DNA of 64,000 nt from Orbicella franksi (lineage: Eukaryota), in the NCBI GenBank assembly GCA_964199315.1, contig OZ116701.1, positions 2,914,001-2,978,000 of the forward strand, in the 5' to 3' direction. The position numbers and the translations under genes are program-made. The notes beneath the pieces were generated by a model that saw nothing but the letters and a program-made list of their open reading frames with translations, was not told where the DNA came from and did no database searches. Numbering within the stretch: the first letter of the stretch is position 1; each line of letters starts with the position of its first letter. Positions 37,201-49,100 of the stretch are shown one piece after another.

Positions 37201-39575
37201 ATGTGACATCAAATGAAACCTTAGATGGGGGCAGCTTGATTCAACATAGGCTGCCCCAATCATTCAACCCTAAACCATCTTGGTGAAAAAAAGATTAAAA
37301 TGAAAGCAAGCAAGAGCAAAGATGTTTGCTTTGCTCCAAATAAAAGAAAAAGATAGGCAAAGGCATAAAACTCTTTATTCATGAAACAAATAAATCACAC
37401 AAATACTTACCAACAAACATCATCCATCTGTTTGATGAAAATCCAATAAAAAGATAAAAGCCAGTAGCTATGAAAGCACCAAAAATAGCGATGGAAAAAT
37501 CAGACCACTTGAGAACTTTTGTTAATAGTGGTATTCCTAAAACCACTCCAACACCTTTGAGAAATAGAAACTCAGCAAAAAAGTAACCAATAAGTGATGG
37601 ACTGAAGTTCAGTGGGCTGTGCTTGCTGTCGAGGACAGTAATATCACCAATAGCACCAAACACTGAAAATATTAAAGCACAGAACATTTGGTGGGATTCA
37701 TTAAGAACATTGTGAATAAAGAGCTGACAAAAAAGCCAAAATTTATGAAGATAAGTAACGAAAAGAATAAATTTCAACTTAACTTTAGGTGGGTATGTGG
37801 GGTTAATGACCTTTGAAAGGTATAGGTACTGTTAGTTGTTTATCAGACGACGATCGAATAGTATCCCATGATGCAATTTTCTACCTACACGACGCAACAT
37901 CGAAGTTATCATGGATTTCAGTGTGAAATAATGTGGTTTTCTCTGCGGTCTGTTTCTTATTTTTATTGCAGTAAAAGGTTAGAAAAGTGCATTATTTAGA
38001 TCTTTGACACGATTATGATGATTTGTAAGTGTTTAAGAGCGCAGCCTTATAATAGTATTCTTGTCTTTGATTGTGCTATGTGACTATTCGCATCACAAAG
38101 TGTTTATTGACCCGTAACAAGGTCATGAATATTCGCTTTTCTTTGCACAGTATTATAACATCAGACAAGAAAGCTTAAATTCACTGAAAGCCACTCAATC
38201 AATCAGTCAATTGGTCGGTCGGTCTGCCAATTGGTCGGTCAGTTGGTCGGTTAGTCGGTTGGTTGGTCAGTCCATCAATCAGTCGATCCCTGCTATTTTG
38301 CTTGCAGTCTAGAAGATATGTGTTCTCTAGCCTCTTTATTGACTGACAATACTTCACACAGTCAATTCAGTTGCTAGTGTTCTAAGGTCCCCTAATGGTT
38401 AACACACTGGACTCTGGATTAAGCAGTCTGGCTTTGAGCATTGGCCAGGGTCATTGCATTGATTTATTGGGCAAGGTAGTTTATTCACAGTACCTCTCTC
38501 CTCCCAGGTGTATAATGGGTACTGGTAAATTTAATGCTGGGGATAACCTTGTGATGGACTAGCATCCCATCCAGGGGGAAGTAAAGATATCCCTAGTCAC
38601 TTCGCTGTCAAGGACTGAATCTCTAAGAGTGTGTATAACACAGCGGAGTCGTGTAATCAGGTCAAACAGACCCTTATCATATAAAGTCCATTGTTTTGTG
38701 TTTATGATTTGATTGACTGGTTTTCTTCTCAGTTTGACAAGTCGCACTGTAATGATTGATAACAAAAGCTACTCACATAGTACAATCAAGAAAAATATGC
38801 CAAACATGATCACCAGTAAATTCAGTCTCTGATGTTGGGGTCGTTGCTTGGATAAAACTCGAAAGCAAGCCTTGAGGTGATTGTGGACAGCAACTAACGC
38901 CCAGTTTCCTTCCTGATCTTCTTCGGGGAAGTAAGACTCTGGAAGAATTAAACTAACGTAGAATATAACGACAACGCTCAAGCCTAAACACAAACCGAAT
39001 GCCGCCATAAAGCCCTGATGTTCTACTAACACGCCACCGATTAAGTTACCAACAGTGCCTCCTAAAAATATCATGGACTCCAGAATGGCTACTCTCAGAG
39101 TTCGCTGAGATTTATCAGTGATATCAGAAATGTAAGAGAAAACACCAAGAAGTGTTGTAGCAAATCCACCAAAGAAACCCGAAATGCAGACTCCGATCAG
39201 GATGAAATTCACGTCAAGTGAAAAATACCCCACATTCAGCATGTAATTGATGTACAGTAGAACGCTTCCAACGGAAGGTAGAATTAGCACTGTTTTACGG
39301 CCAACTTTATCTGACCAGGAACCCAAGATCAAGGAGGCAGCAATAGAAGGTACCATCAGAGAAACAGATTGATACAAAATCCATTTCGACGTTTTTTCGT
39401 GCACAAAATCTTCTTGAGACTTGGTCAGGTTTTTGCATGTTTCGGCGTCATACTTATCTTGACAGATCTTGTTGAATGCTAGTTGCTGCGCAAGTTGAAC
39501 GGACATGATGGTGCATAGCATGTAAAAGAAAAGAACAGGCTCTACTGTAATTTTCCGAAAGTCTATGATCGCCAT
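34129..39575 (-). CDS. SLC46/proton-coupled folate transporter-like MFS transporter, paralog 2 (451 aa)
   Basis: Exons 38777-39575, 37411-37662, 36381-36464, 35086-35242 and 34129-34192. The first four exon lengths (799/252/84/157) are identical to paralog 1; the last exon stops early at TAA. Confidence 0.92.
34199..34252. repeat. A-run plus (CAA)n microsatellite forming the acceptor tract of the last exon of SLC46 paralog 2
   Basis: Minus strand (TTG)n-poly(T)-catgtag|ATGG. Confidence 0.9.
34400..34960. repeat. 22-bp minisatellite (TAATACCTAGGGATGTCTGTGA), ~19 tandem units plus one outlier
   Basis: Tandem units at 34400-34815 with no spacers; one more unit at ~34939-34960; in intron 4 of SLC46 paralog 2. 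Confidence 0.95.
35894..36031. mobile_element. Short MITE-like element
   Basis: Inverted ends agagcagttttcaattgagt / actcgattg..aaaactgcttt; a remnant of the same ends occurs near 60020-60055. Confidence 0.6.
36197..36308 (-). mobile_element. SINE 3' fragment, diverged
   Basis: aagtaaagtctg...gtatttctacttcccctggatggaatgctagtcc matches the tail of the same family. Confidence 0.65.
38196..38288. repeat. Degenerate (GGTC/AGTC/AATC)n tetranucleotide repeat
   Basis: Direct reading. Confidence 0.8.
38386..38602 (+). mobile_element. tRNA-derived SINE, diverged, + orientation
   Basis: ggactctggat...ttgggcaag...cacagtacctctctc...ccaggtgtat...gggtactggtaaatttaatgctgggg..aacc...gatggactagcatcccatccaggggg is the reverse complement of the family body. 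Confidence 0.75.
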
Positions 39576-39685
39576 CTTGTTTCTTGTTTGAACTGGGTAT
39601 AAACGAGATTGCTCACATCAAGTAGAAGTGTTGCGTTGTTAACTGCTGTTGGTAACTTCGCGGGCTCTACTCCGTTCTTTTCAAC
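39576..39685. promoter_or_regulatory. Compact bidirectional promoter region shared by SLC46 paralog 2 and FRG1
   Basis: Only 110 bp between the two divergent ATGs; TATAAA on the + strand at 39598-39603. Confidence 0.7.
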
Positions 39686-42600
39686 ATGGCGGATAGCTAC
39701 AAGCAAGTAAAGGCTGGACGTCTAAAACTGAAGGGATTAGGCGATAGCTCTCAGAAAAAGAAGCATAAGAAGAAGAAACGTGAGAGGGAACTAGAAGAGC
39801 CAACAGACGTCGATGCACTTCGCCATGGAGGATGGAGAAAAGTCGAGAACTTCCAAGAAGTTACCGGTAACATCGCTTTACAAACTTGTAAGAAATCTTA
39901 TGTGGAGGCATTAAACACTGGTCTGTTTACTGTTGGTGAACTTAGAGATGATGGCGAGAACTCGCCGGCTCCTGTTGAAGTTTTTACAGCTGTTCCATTG
40001 TCCGACAAGAAGATTGCATTAAAGTCAGGCTATGGTAGGTAACAATACATGTCATATCATCACTTATCGCCCAACCTCGGTCTGCCATAACCATCACAAG
40101 CGCCTTCCTCTCGAGCTTTGGTTCTCGAGCTTTTGCTGTTTCCGCTCCTGAACTCTGGAACAGTCTACCTGTTTCTATCCGCTCATGTGACAATCTAAGT
40201 TCTTTTAAATCTAAACTCAAAACTCATCTTTTTAAGAAAACTTATTATTCTTAGCGATTTTTACTTTCTATTACTTTCTTAAATGCACATTTTTAATTAT
40301 TAGGATTAGTACAGATCATTTTGGCGAATTGTACAGCGCCTAGAGCAGGCATGGATAGGCGCTATATAAATATTTATTTATTATTATTATTATTATTATT
40401 CCTCTGGAAATAAGATGCTGATCACTGTCATGGAATGCACCTGAACTAGAAGCCAGGGGTTTCAACAAAACAATGGCCCCCTGTCAGCTGAACCCCTTCT
40501 AACCCCATAAAAAAATCAACAGGAAAAAAATTTAAAAGCCCAGGGCTCTGAATGGGACCAATTCATTAATTCATGTTAAACTCATCAACAAACAATGAGC
40601 TTAGGGAATGGTGCCTAAAAGGCTGATGGAGCCCAAGAGCAAACTAAACTGAGCATGTGAGGTATCCATGACAACCCTGTGAGCTGCAACCACCAGGCAC
40701 TGTCACACTGAAAAAATAGTGGAAACACAGGAAACTTACCACATACCTACCCTCAAGCCAAAGGGGGATGGGTGGGCTGCGAGAAAAGCTTAATGAGCAT
40801 TGTCCAGCAGCGAAAAACACAGAGAATGATTTGACATCCGAAGCTGAGCTGTAAAATCCAGGCGCCCCTGCAAAAATCCCCTGGCCACCCTGAACTCACT
40901 CTGAGGGAGACTGCTGGCCAGCAATCTTGTTACGCGTTTAACTTAGCCTAAATTACATTTAGCCACATTGAAAGTTCCAAGAGAAAGGTCAAAAACCTGC
41001 CTTGTGTCCTCCATCTTGGAAATTTCAGATAAGCTTAATTTTCCTTGAACATTCTGTTGACTTTCTAGCAGGGTCAGTTGTGGGGACCAGTAGGGGGTCA
41101 GCTGACTGGAGGTTTCAGTGTTTTATTGAAACCCACAGGCAAAATTTACAGGGGGTAGGTTTGTGGTTGAAAAGATCATCCATGTCCAAGATACAGAAAT
41201 GGGTAACTCGTCAATGTAGGCTTGTGATTTACAGTATCTGTGGAAACTGTAAAAGTAGCAGTCAATCTGGTAACGATCTGTAAAATTTTTCTAATTATCC
41301 AATCATAATAGGAACTTAGCTTGTTAACATAATTTGTGGATTGCCAGGCACAAACATTTTGTCAATTCGTACAACTTGTGTAAATAGTGAAAGCGTTTGA
41401 AGAGCCACTCACAATCTGTTAGTTGCAACCCAAGTAAATGTGTAAGCCAAAGAAGATACAAAGTCCTGTAAATGTTACCTGAAGAACTTGAACATGACTC
41501 AGTCGTATATCTCTTTCTATAAGTGTGAGCTGCGAACTATCATACCTCGTAACACACCAAATTTTGTCTTGCAGAATGGATAAATAAACGTAGTGAGCAA
41601 AAATAAATCATGCCTGTTTGGGTGCATTGGACAACCCAATTTTGGTCATTTGGAGCATTATCTGTTATCTAGATGTACTACATGTACCAAAAACAAAATT
41701 CTCACAACCAAAGTTAAAAGAAATGTATGGAAATCAGTCAAGAGAGTCTGAAACTACACAGAGCACTTGCTGACAAACTTACTCTAGTGAGTCCATGGCT
41801 GATAAATTTTTGTTCTATAGGAAAATACATGTCTGTGAATATGATGGGAAATGTCACTGGTCGATCTGAAGCTATTGGCCCTCAGGAGCAATTTGAGTGT
41901 GTATTTGAAGAGGATAAAGTTGCTCTTGAAACATATAATGGCTGTTTTTTGTCTGTAAATGAAGATGGACATCTCTCTGCAACCAAAAAAATTGTGAGCG
42001 AAAAGGAGACATTCCACATACGGACCACTGTTCCAAAAGTGTAAGTGGAACCATTTTTTATATTGGTAACTGTGAAGTAACTGTTGTGGTTTGATTGTAT
42101 TTGTTTGAAGTTTTTCAAGGAAGTTTGTTTTTTTCACTTCCTCTTGTCTTATGATTCATAATTAAAATCAGGAAGAAAGGAAAATTACAATTCAAATGAA
42201 AAGTATATAAACCACAACATGACAGAATGTAGCAGTGTTGAAACAAGGTATTTATTTTTACTCTCTCTGCAAGACTATGGTTATTATTTACTTCTCAAAA
42301 TGAGAATATAATTATTATGAGTGTAAGTTTTCTATTAGCTGCACCTACAATTGGGAATAATTTCCCCCTCTGAATGGTAAGAATGTGGTTTGTCAGGAAA
42401 CAGTCGTTAATTATTAAAAGAATCAAAGAACCTGTTGGTGGTATCTGATTAGTTGGCAAGCAATGACATGGATGGCCATTCTTCATACTGCTCCCCAACT
42501 AACCAAATGCCTGGAACAGGCTACAAACCTATGAAATTAATGATTTGCATTTCAGTGCAGTAAGTATAATTTTTTAATCAAACAGTTGCTTGTTTGTGAT

Positions 42601-43217
42601 TCAGTGGGTTGCCACCTTATGAGTGATACAGCTATTTGGTAATTCAGAGTTTTGGCTGGCATGAAGCAGTTTTAATTTTTTTTTTTTGCTAGCTAGTTGA
42701 AAGTTGCATTCACTGGTTCAAAGCATTTAGTAATTATTACCAGTCCACTGAAAAAAAAAGTCAGGTTGACCTTTTCTATGGGTAAATCAGCTCCTGGTTG
42801 GCTTGATAGCACAGTTGGTAGAACACTGCTTCAGTATCAATATCATACCTGAAATTTTTCAGGCTTCTGTTTTAAAGTTGCAGACTTAATATGCATCAGT
42901 GTTTGTCTTTAAGTGGTTGTTCTTCTTACAGTTCAAAATACAGTATGGGATAGTAATGATAATTTCAGTTTTACTAAGATATTAACTTCATGGTTTATTG
43001 CAGCAAGGTATCTACCAGCAGTCTACCAGAGGATGAAAAGGATCTACGAAATCATGAAATCAGTTTTGTCAAGAAATTCCAAAGTTTTCAAGACAGAAAC
43101 CTGCGTTTAAGTGAGCAAGAGACAAGCAAACTGAAGAAAGCGAGAATGGATGGAAAGCTTCATGAAGAAATGTTGGACAGGAGAGAAAAGATGAAAGCGG
43201 ATAGGTATTGCAAATAA
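39686..43217 (+). CDS. FRG1: FRG1 (FSHD region gene 1) protein, 260 aa
   Basis: Exons 39686-40034, 41821-42040 and 43004-43217 (783 nt). N-terminal [13 protein letters not shown] with Lys-rich NLS, fascin-like [10 protein letters not shown]...[12 protein letters not shown], and the conserved C-terminus [27 protein letters not shown]. Confidence 0.95.
40075..40400 (+). mobile_element. 5'-truncated L2/CR1-clade LINE 3' end in FRG1 intron 1
   Basis: Translates to [40 protein letters not shown] (CR1/L2 ORF2 C-terminus), followed by a 3' UTR gcgcctagagca...ggcgctatataaat and a (TAT)n tail. Confidence 0.85.
42790..42870 (+). repeat. Decayed tRNA-like SINE head in FRG1 intron 2
   Basis: ggcttgatagcacagttggtagaacactgc resembles a tRNA 5' half (A box) but lacks an intact T arm and acceptor stem. 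Confidence 0.5.
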
Positions 43218-44217
43218 AATAGATGAAGGCATTCACATACACATTGTAATAACTAAATAAAGAGATTCATTTTGTTATAGTAAAAGTGATGAATGATGTG
43301 ACTTTTCACGTTTGCTGTACCTTTATGTTATTCTGTAGCATAACAAGTGGTCCTTTTCCTGGCAAATTTAACCTAGTATTCTTTATCTTTATCTGAAGCA
43401 TTGGTTCATAGTTAAAGAAATTAATTTTTCAGCCTAATCTAGGGTTTTATAGTGAGTCTTTTCTCTGTAGTAGCATATTCTGATTGTGTCTCTTGTAGTC
43501 TCTGTTCCTAATACTGTTTTCTCCTTTTAGTGTTGTAAAGTACTTTAAATTTTTAGAGCCTTGTACATAGTTACATACTATTACTCTGTATGTTAGAACA
43601 CAGACAGCCCAAGGATGATCATCAGCAGAAAAAAGTAACAGACAACAAGCAATACGCTGTGGAACTAAGATAGGGCATTTTTATCAAGAGCTTTCTAGTA
43701 GTTGTACCTCCTAAAACTGATCATAAATGTTCCTTTACAAAGTCCTATAATAAATTTTGCCCTGACTGCCCTTGCACTAGGAGTCTGTCACTCACACTTG
43801 GGCTGCCTGTGGTTAAAATCATCCAAAAGTTTTCTTTTTTTAGTCAATGACTAGTTATTTTCCAGCAAACTGTTTTGTTTACAAATGAGAAACATGCATA
43901 AGATTTGAATAAGCATTCATAGGGAACATTAAAATTTCATTCTTTGATTAGCCTGTGGAAATTCTCAGAATTTGAATTTTGTTGGTCAGTTGTGTGCTAG
44001 AGGACATGACAAGGCTGTTACTGGATGTCAGCAATAATATTTTTTTTACTGCGCATATTATTTCTTGTGAAATTAGATACATTGTACCTGCAGATGTTTG
44101 TAGGCATGGAATACAGTACACTTTCCTGAGTCTGCTGCCCCTTAAAATCCAGAAGTCACAATTCACAAATTGGTAAACAGCGGCAATGACTCCTAAAAAG
44201 AAAATAACCTCCCAACT

Positions 44218-44463
44218 AAGTCTGCATACGAACCAAGTGGCCCATCAGGTCAGAGCTTATCCTGGTTTCTGTGACATGAAGTGACTAGGGGCTGCTCCCC
44301 CCTGGATGGAATGCTAGACCATCACAGGGTTACCCCCAGCATTAAATTTACTGGTACCCATTTGTACACCTGGGTAGAGAGAGGCACTGTGAGAGTGCTA
44401 GGGCTCAAACCCTGGCCGCTCGATCTGGAGTTGAGCGTACTAACCCTTAGGCCATCATGCCTG
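44218..44463 (-). mobile_element. tRNA-derived SINE with internal deletion
   Basis: Colinear with 13905-14198 but lacking the cttgcccaagaacacaac segment. Confidence 0.8.
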
Positions 44464-46102
44464 CACAATCGTCCAACTAAACACTGTAAGAAATGTGTGG
44501 AGACCTGTAGGGGGAATTTGTATGTCAATCACTCTTGAGAATTTAAGGGTTAACTGGCTTGTTCTTGACCACACTCCTTGTTATAAACATACTAGCGTTC
44601 TGTCATGGATGCCATTCTCTGATTGGCTATGCTACTCACCATCTATTACGTTGTAGATAGTGAGTAGCCTAGCAGAGTGTTGTTGTTAACTAACTGGCTG
44701 CTACTTCTTTGCATCTTTGAAGTGTCTGTGAAGAGGATTTAGATAAAATTTTTGAACGACTAGTAGATTTATACTAAAACAATTAGATTATTTGCTCTCG
44801 ATTTCTTTTGTGATAGTTGACTTTGGCTCTGCCCTCGTTAACTATCATGCGATAGAAATCTCGAGCTCATAATCTAATTATTAAATACATACACCGGAAA
44901 AAAGTAGTATCATTTAAATAATTATTTTATTCAATTTCCTACCAAAAATATTTATGTCCTAAGATATTTTACCAGCATTGCACACACTCTGATGATTAAT
45001 TTGTTACTCAAGTTAAATCAAGATAAGAATATTGATAAAAAAGTTTTTCAGCATTTGATTTCTCCCATGCTATCCGTTGCTTTGTAATGAGGGCATGCTT
45101 CTCTCACTATCGACTCCATCCCAGTCAGACTATTTTATTTCTCTTCGCAGCTAATAAAATATAATGCCTTTTTGAGTTATAAATAATGTAGGTATATCAG
45201 CACGTTTTTTATGCTGTTTTTTTTCAGAAACAACGTTTACTTTTTTTAGTAAAAGTGAAAATACGGCGAGGTTTCTCGAAGGCAACCAGAAGGAAAATAG
45301 TACCTTGTCTGCCAGTTAGATGCTGCAATCAGAAATAAGGCTGATTTGGCTTCGGAACTTTTCTCTTCCTACGCAAGTGTTTCTTCTGTTATTTGCAGCC
45401 TCAGTCATTGCAGTTAATGTGTTTGAGTTCCAGTCCTTCCTTAGGATCAAAAGCCCCAAGTAGTTCATCACTTGTGATCACTTATGGCTCCTTTGGATTT
45501 TTTAAAACTGCTAGGTACTGAAGACAAGTCTTGTCAAGACTTATAAATGATTTTTCTTTTGGTTGCTTTAACTTCCTAAACAAACATGTTATTATGTAGT
45601 TTGTTTTTCCATTGGTACCAGCTTCACAATGATGGCTAAAAAGCTTTAAATTATTGCGCGGGTAATTTCTACTCCTATACATATTAAAAATACTACTGAC
45701 TTTCTTTGTCTGCATAATGGCAGCATTTAGCTGCGTTTGTAACATTTTCCAAATATTTTATCGCGTGCTTATAATTAACGTGTAAATAAACTTAATGCTA
45801 ACATGAAATAAATGAGCGAGTGTTCTTTAGACATAAAAAATCATGTGGTTATAACAATTCTAACATATTTCTTTGTTGTTCTGTAAAAAACAAACAAACA
45901 AAGAAAATTCGGAAGACCAGGGCTTGGATATTAAAACTTCTTTAAATTAGGACGATTTTCGACTCTCGATCTATGAACTGATAGTTTCCTGATCTCTTGA
46001 CGTGTACTTCAAAGCCATATTAAACCTATTTTTCACATGCTTGACATACTATATTTTATTCTTATCACCTTAGAAAAAAATGCTTATGTCTTGGTTACCA
46101 CA

Positions 46103-49100
46103 TTACACTCGAGCAAAATTATCGTTAACGAATTGTGTTATTTTTTCCACGAGTGACTCTGAAATGTCCAGTGCTTCTTGTGCTTGGTCGGTGGTGAAAG
46201 CATCGGAAGGGATCACATCATTGCGATGGAAGTGAGGGTACCTGGTCTGCTCATAGTAATTCTTGAGTTTAGCGGCCAGGAGAGGAACGTCCTCAGGAGA
46301 CCCATTCAACTCTGTTATCTCATAGGCAAGGTTCAACACATCATGTGTTTCTAGTTGGCTCTCGGCAATGCCACAGGCTGCGTACAGGGCACTCTTGAAC
46401 ACTTTTTCGGTTGCTTGTTGGCATAAGAAGCAAACTAAAGCAGGAAATTTGGGTACTTGAGCGTGTAAATGCTTAGCCGCATTTAGATCTTCTCTGGCTT
46501 GTTTCATCCATCGCTTTGCTTCGTTTCTCTGAGGGTTGGTCGACCGCTTTGAATACGGGGATCCCTGGTGTGTTTGCTGCTTAAACGTGTCGTACGTTTG
46601 CCTCTCTTGTCGAGCACGCTGGTTCCACTGGCTGAAGAAATCATGGAAGCCCCTGGCTCCGTCTTGTTTTCCTTTTTCCTTGGCATCTCGTAGATTATCT
46701 CTCCAGGAGTTAGGAAACAGCTTTTCCATTCTCTCTATTTCGTTTAGCAGGAATTGCATGACATCATGGCTAATATCACAACCGATATTCTTATCTGGAT
46801 GCCATCGAAGAAACAAACGTTTTATGACCTTTCTTCTTTCATTTTCCGGTAACTTCCAAGCTTCCCATAGGGTCTCTTTGATTTCTTTCTTTGCACTCTC
46901 AAGGCGTTCATTTCTGCTCGCCGCTCGACGCTCTGATTCCTTGGGGTCTCCAGTGAATAATGTCACTTCACGCGAGTCCGAGAGTTCAGGTACCGCATTG
47001 GGCACTTCAGAACTTGATCTATCGAACTTGTACAGGTCAAGTACACTGACTTCAACAAGGCGAGGCTCTCCAATATCAATGCGATATTTAGCCTTGAAGT
47101 TAAATCTGCTTGTCTCCATGGACCGTTTACGATTTGGTACTTTCCTAACTACTTTTGCGTAGACGTAGAGAGGTTCACTGTCATCAATTCTGCCATCTTC
47201 ACTTCTTCGCTCTTTCTCGTAGCCAACGATTTCACCTTGTCGAAAGAAGTACTGGATATCTTGCCTGAGAAGATAATGATACATAACAGGAATCTCGGAT
47301 CCAAGAACAGGCTCCGTCGTCCGCGCCTCGCTTCCCATGAGATCTTGAGCTACGCCACATCTGTCAAGTGATGGAAGTATCTCGTCTGGGACCCTGCATG
47401 CAAGCATTGCCTGAAGATAGATCTCCTTCTCGATTTGGTTATGAATTAAACGATTCACCTGAAAGCATAGTTGGATGTGGAGGGGATTTTCGTCAGTGCC
47501 ATGCCTAATAAACAACTCCCATTCCCCATTCTGCTCTTCTAAGAAACAGTCTTGCATTTCGTTACTGTGCTGAAGCGGGCGGCCAGATTCCAGGTGTATC
47601 AAGTGAGTGTCAAGTGATGCCATGCACGTCACACTCAGGGAGCTACAAAGGACCTGTACTTGTTCTTTGACTTCCTGCGGTAGATTGGGAGTTTGTCTCT
47701 GATGACGGATAACACGAAGAATCCCATTCACTAGCTTAGGAGAAAGCAAGATGTTTCGATATCTGTTAACGAATGGGCAGGGATCTGCGCCAAGAGAGTT
47801 GTCTACTATGCACCGCTTATCTCTACAGCTCGGATGTATCTCCTCCCGCAGCAAATTCTGGATGGTCTTGGCCCTGAGACGCAATGGTAGAAGACCGAGA
47901 AGGTACGATAGCCGATCTGCAGTTAACTCTCCTTCCCGACTTATATCGACAAAATCGCCGGCAAAGTCTCTTGCACGCCGTTCAAAGCTTGGACAGTCGT
48001 GAAAAATTAGTTCGTTTGATGGTTTAAGAAAACCGTCCTTGCTGGGTAAGTACAGTTCATTTAGTAATAGCAGATATCTCGTTGCCGCTTCTTCGCTTTT
48101 TTCTTTCACTAGCTGTGACAGAGTGGTAAAAAATCCATGCGTTGCCTCCCTGGCCACTCTTTTCTCGTTAGGTTCCATGTGCTTGTCTTCGCAAAGCTCC
48201 TTCAACCTTCCCAAGATATCGGCAAACTGTAATGGCGTTGGTTTTTCATTTGCTCCCAGTCTCTTGAGTAAGTGCTCAAAATGACCATACTCCCGAGGTA
48301 CCTTGTAGAAGAAAGGTGGCAGTTCCGTTGTGGTCTCAAACGCTAGCTGATTCCCCTCCACAAACACGCGGCCCTCTTCCACAGGAATGCATGCCGTTTT
48401 CATGAGAATATTGCCAACAGCAAGACAAGACTTGTTGCATCTTTCAGACAGTGAGGTTCCTGGGCAATTGCATTCACTTTTCAAGAAACTGAATGCCTCG
48501 TATATGACGTCATGAAGAAGCTCCCTTTGGTCCTTTGGGGTGTCTTTATGAACATTTCCACTGTGTGATTTTGTCAGAACAGCAACGTGATTGATAACTT
48601 TATCCAGCGGAGGCAGAAGGGAAACTCCGAGGTCTTCCAATACTTGTTTTTCGGCAGTATTTGGAGTAGCCCAAGTTGGAAGAAGGGGAACGCAAGTCCA
48701 CGCAAGTTTCTGCTGTTCACAGGGTAAGGCGCCATGGAACTCGGTGAAAGGTGGAACGTCTTCCTTTTTAAGGCAAGCAAGTTGTGGTTGTAGGGCTTTC
48801 AGTGCGTCTGAGGCAATCTCAGCTGCCACAAATTTGATGCTGGAAACAACATGTAGAAAGCTGGCATCATGCAAATCATCTTGTTGAAACAGACATGTCA
48901 CGAGTGTTTTTGACTTCTCCCTTATTTGGGGATCCCTGTATCTGGCTTTTGCTTCAGAGGCCAACGATTCGGCAAACTGAAGGAATTCCTGTTGTGTAAC
49001 ATTGTGCTTCAATCCAATCTGCCGAAGCAACGGAAGCCAGTTTGACAGTCGGTACTCTCCTGGTGGGAAATTACTCAGAGGGACCATTTCTTTGAATACA

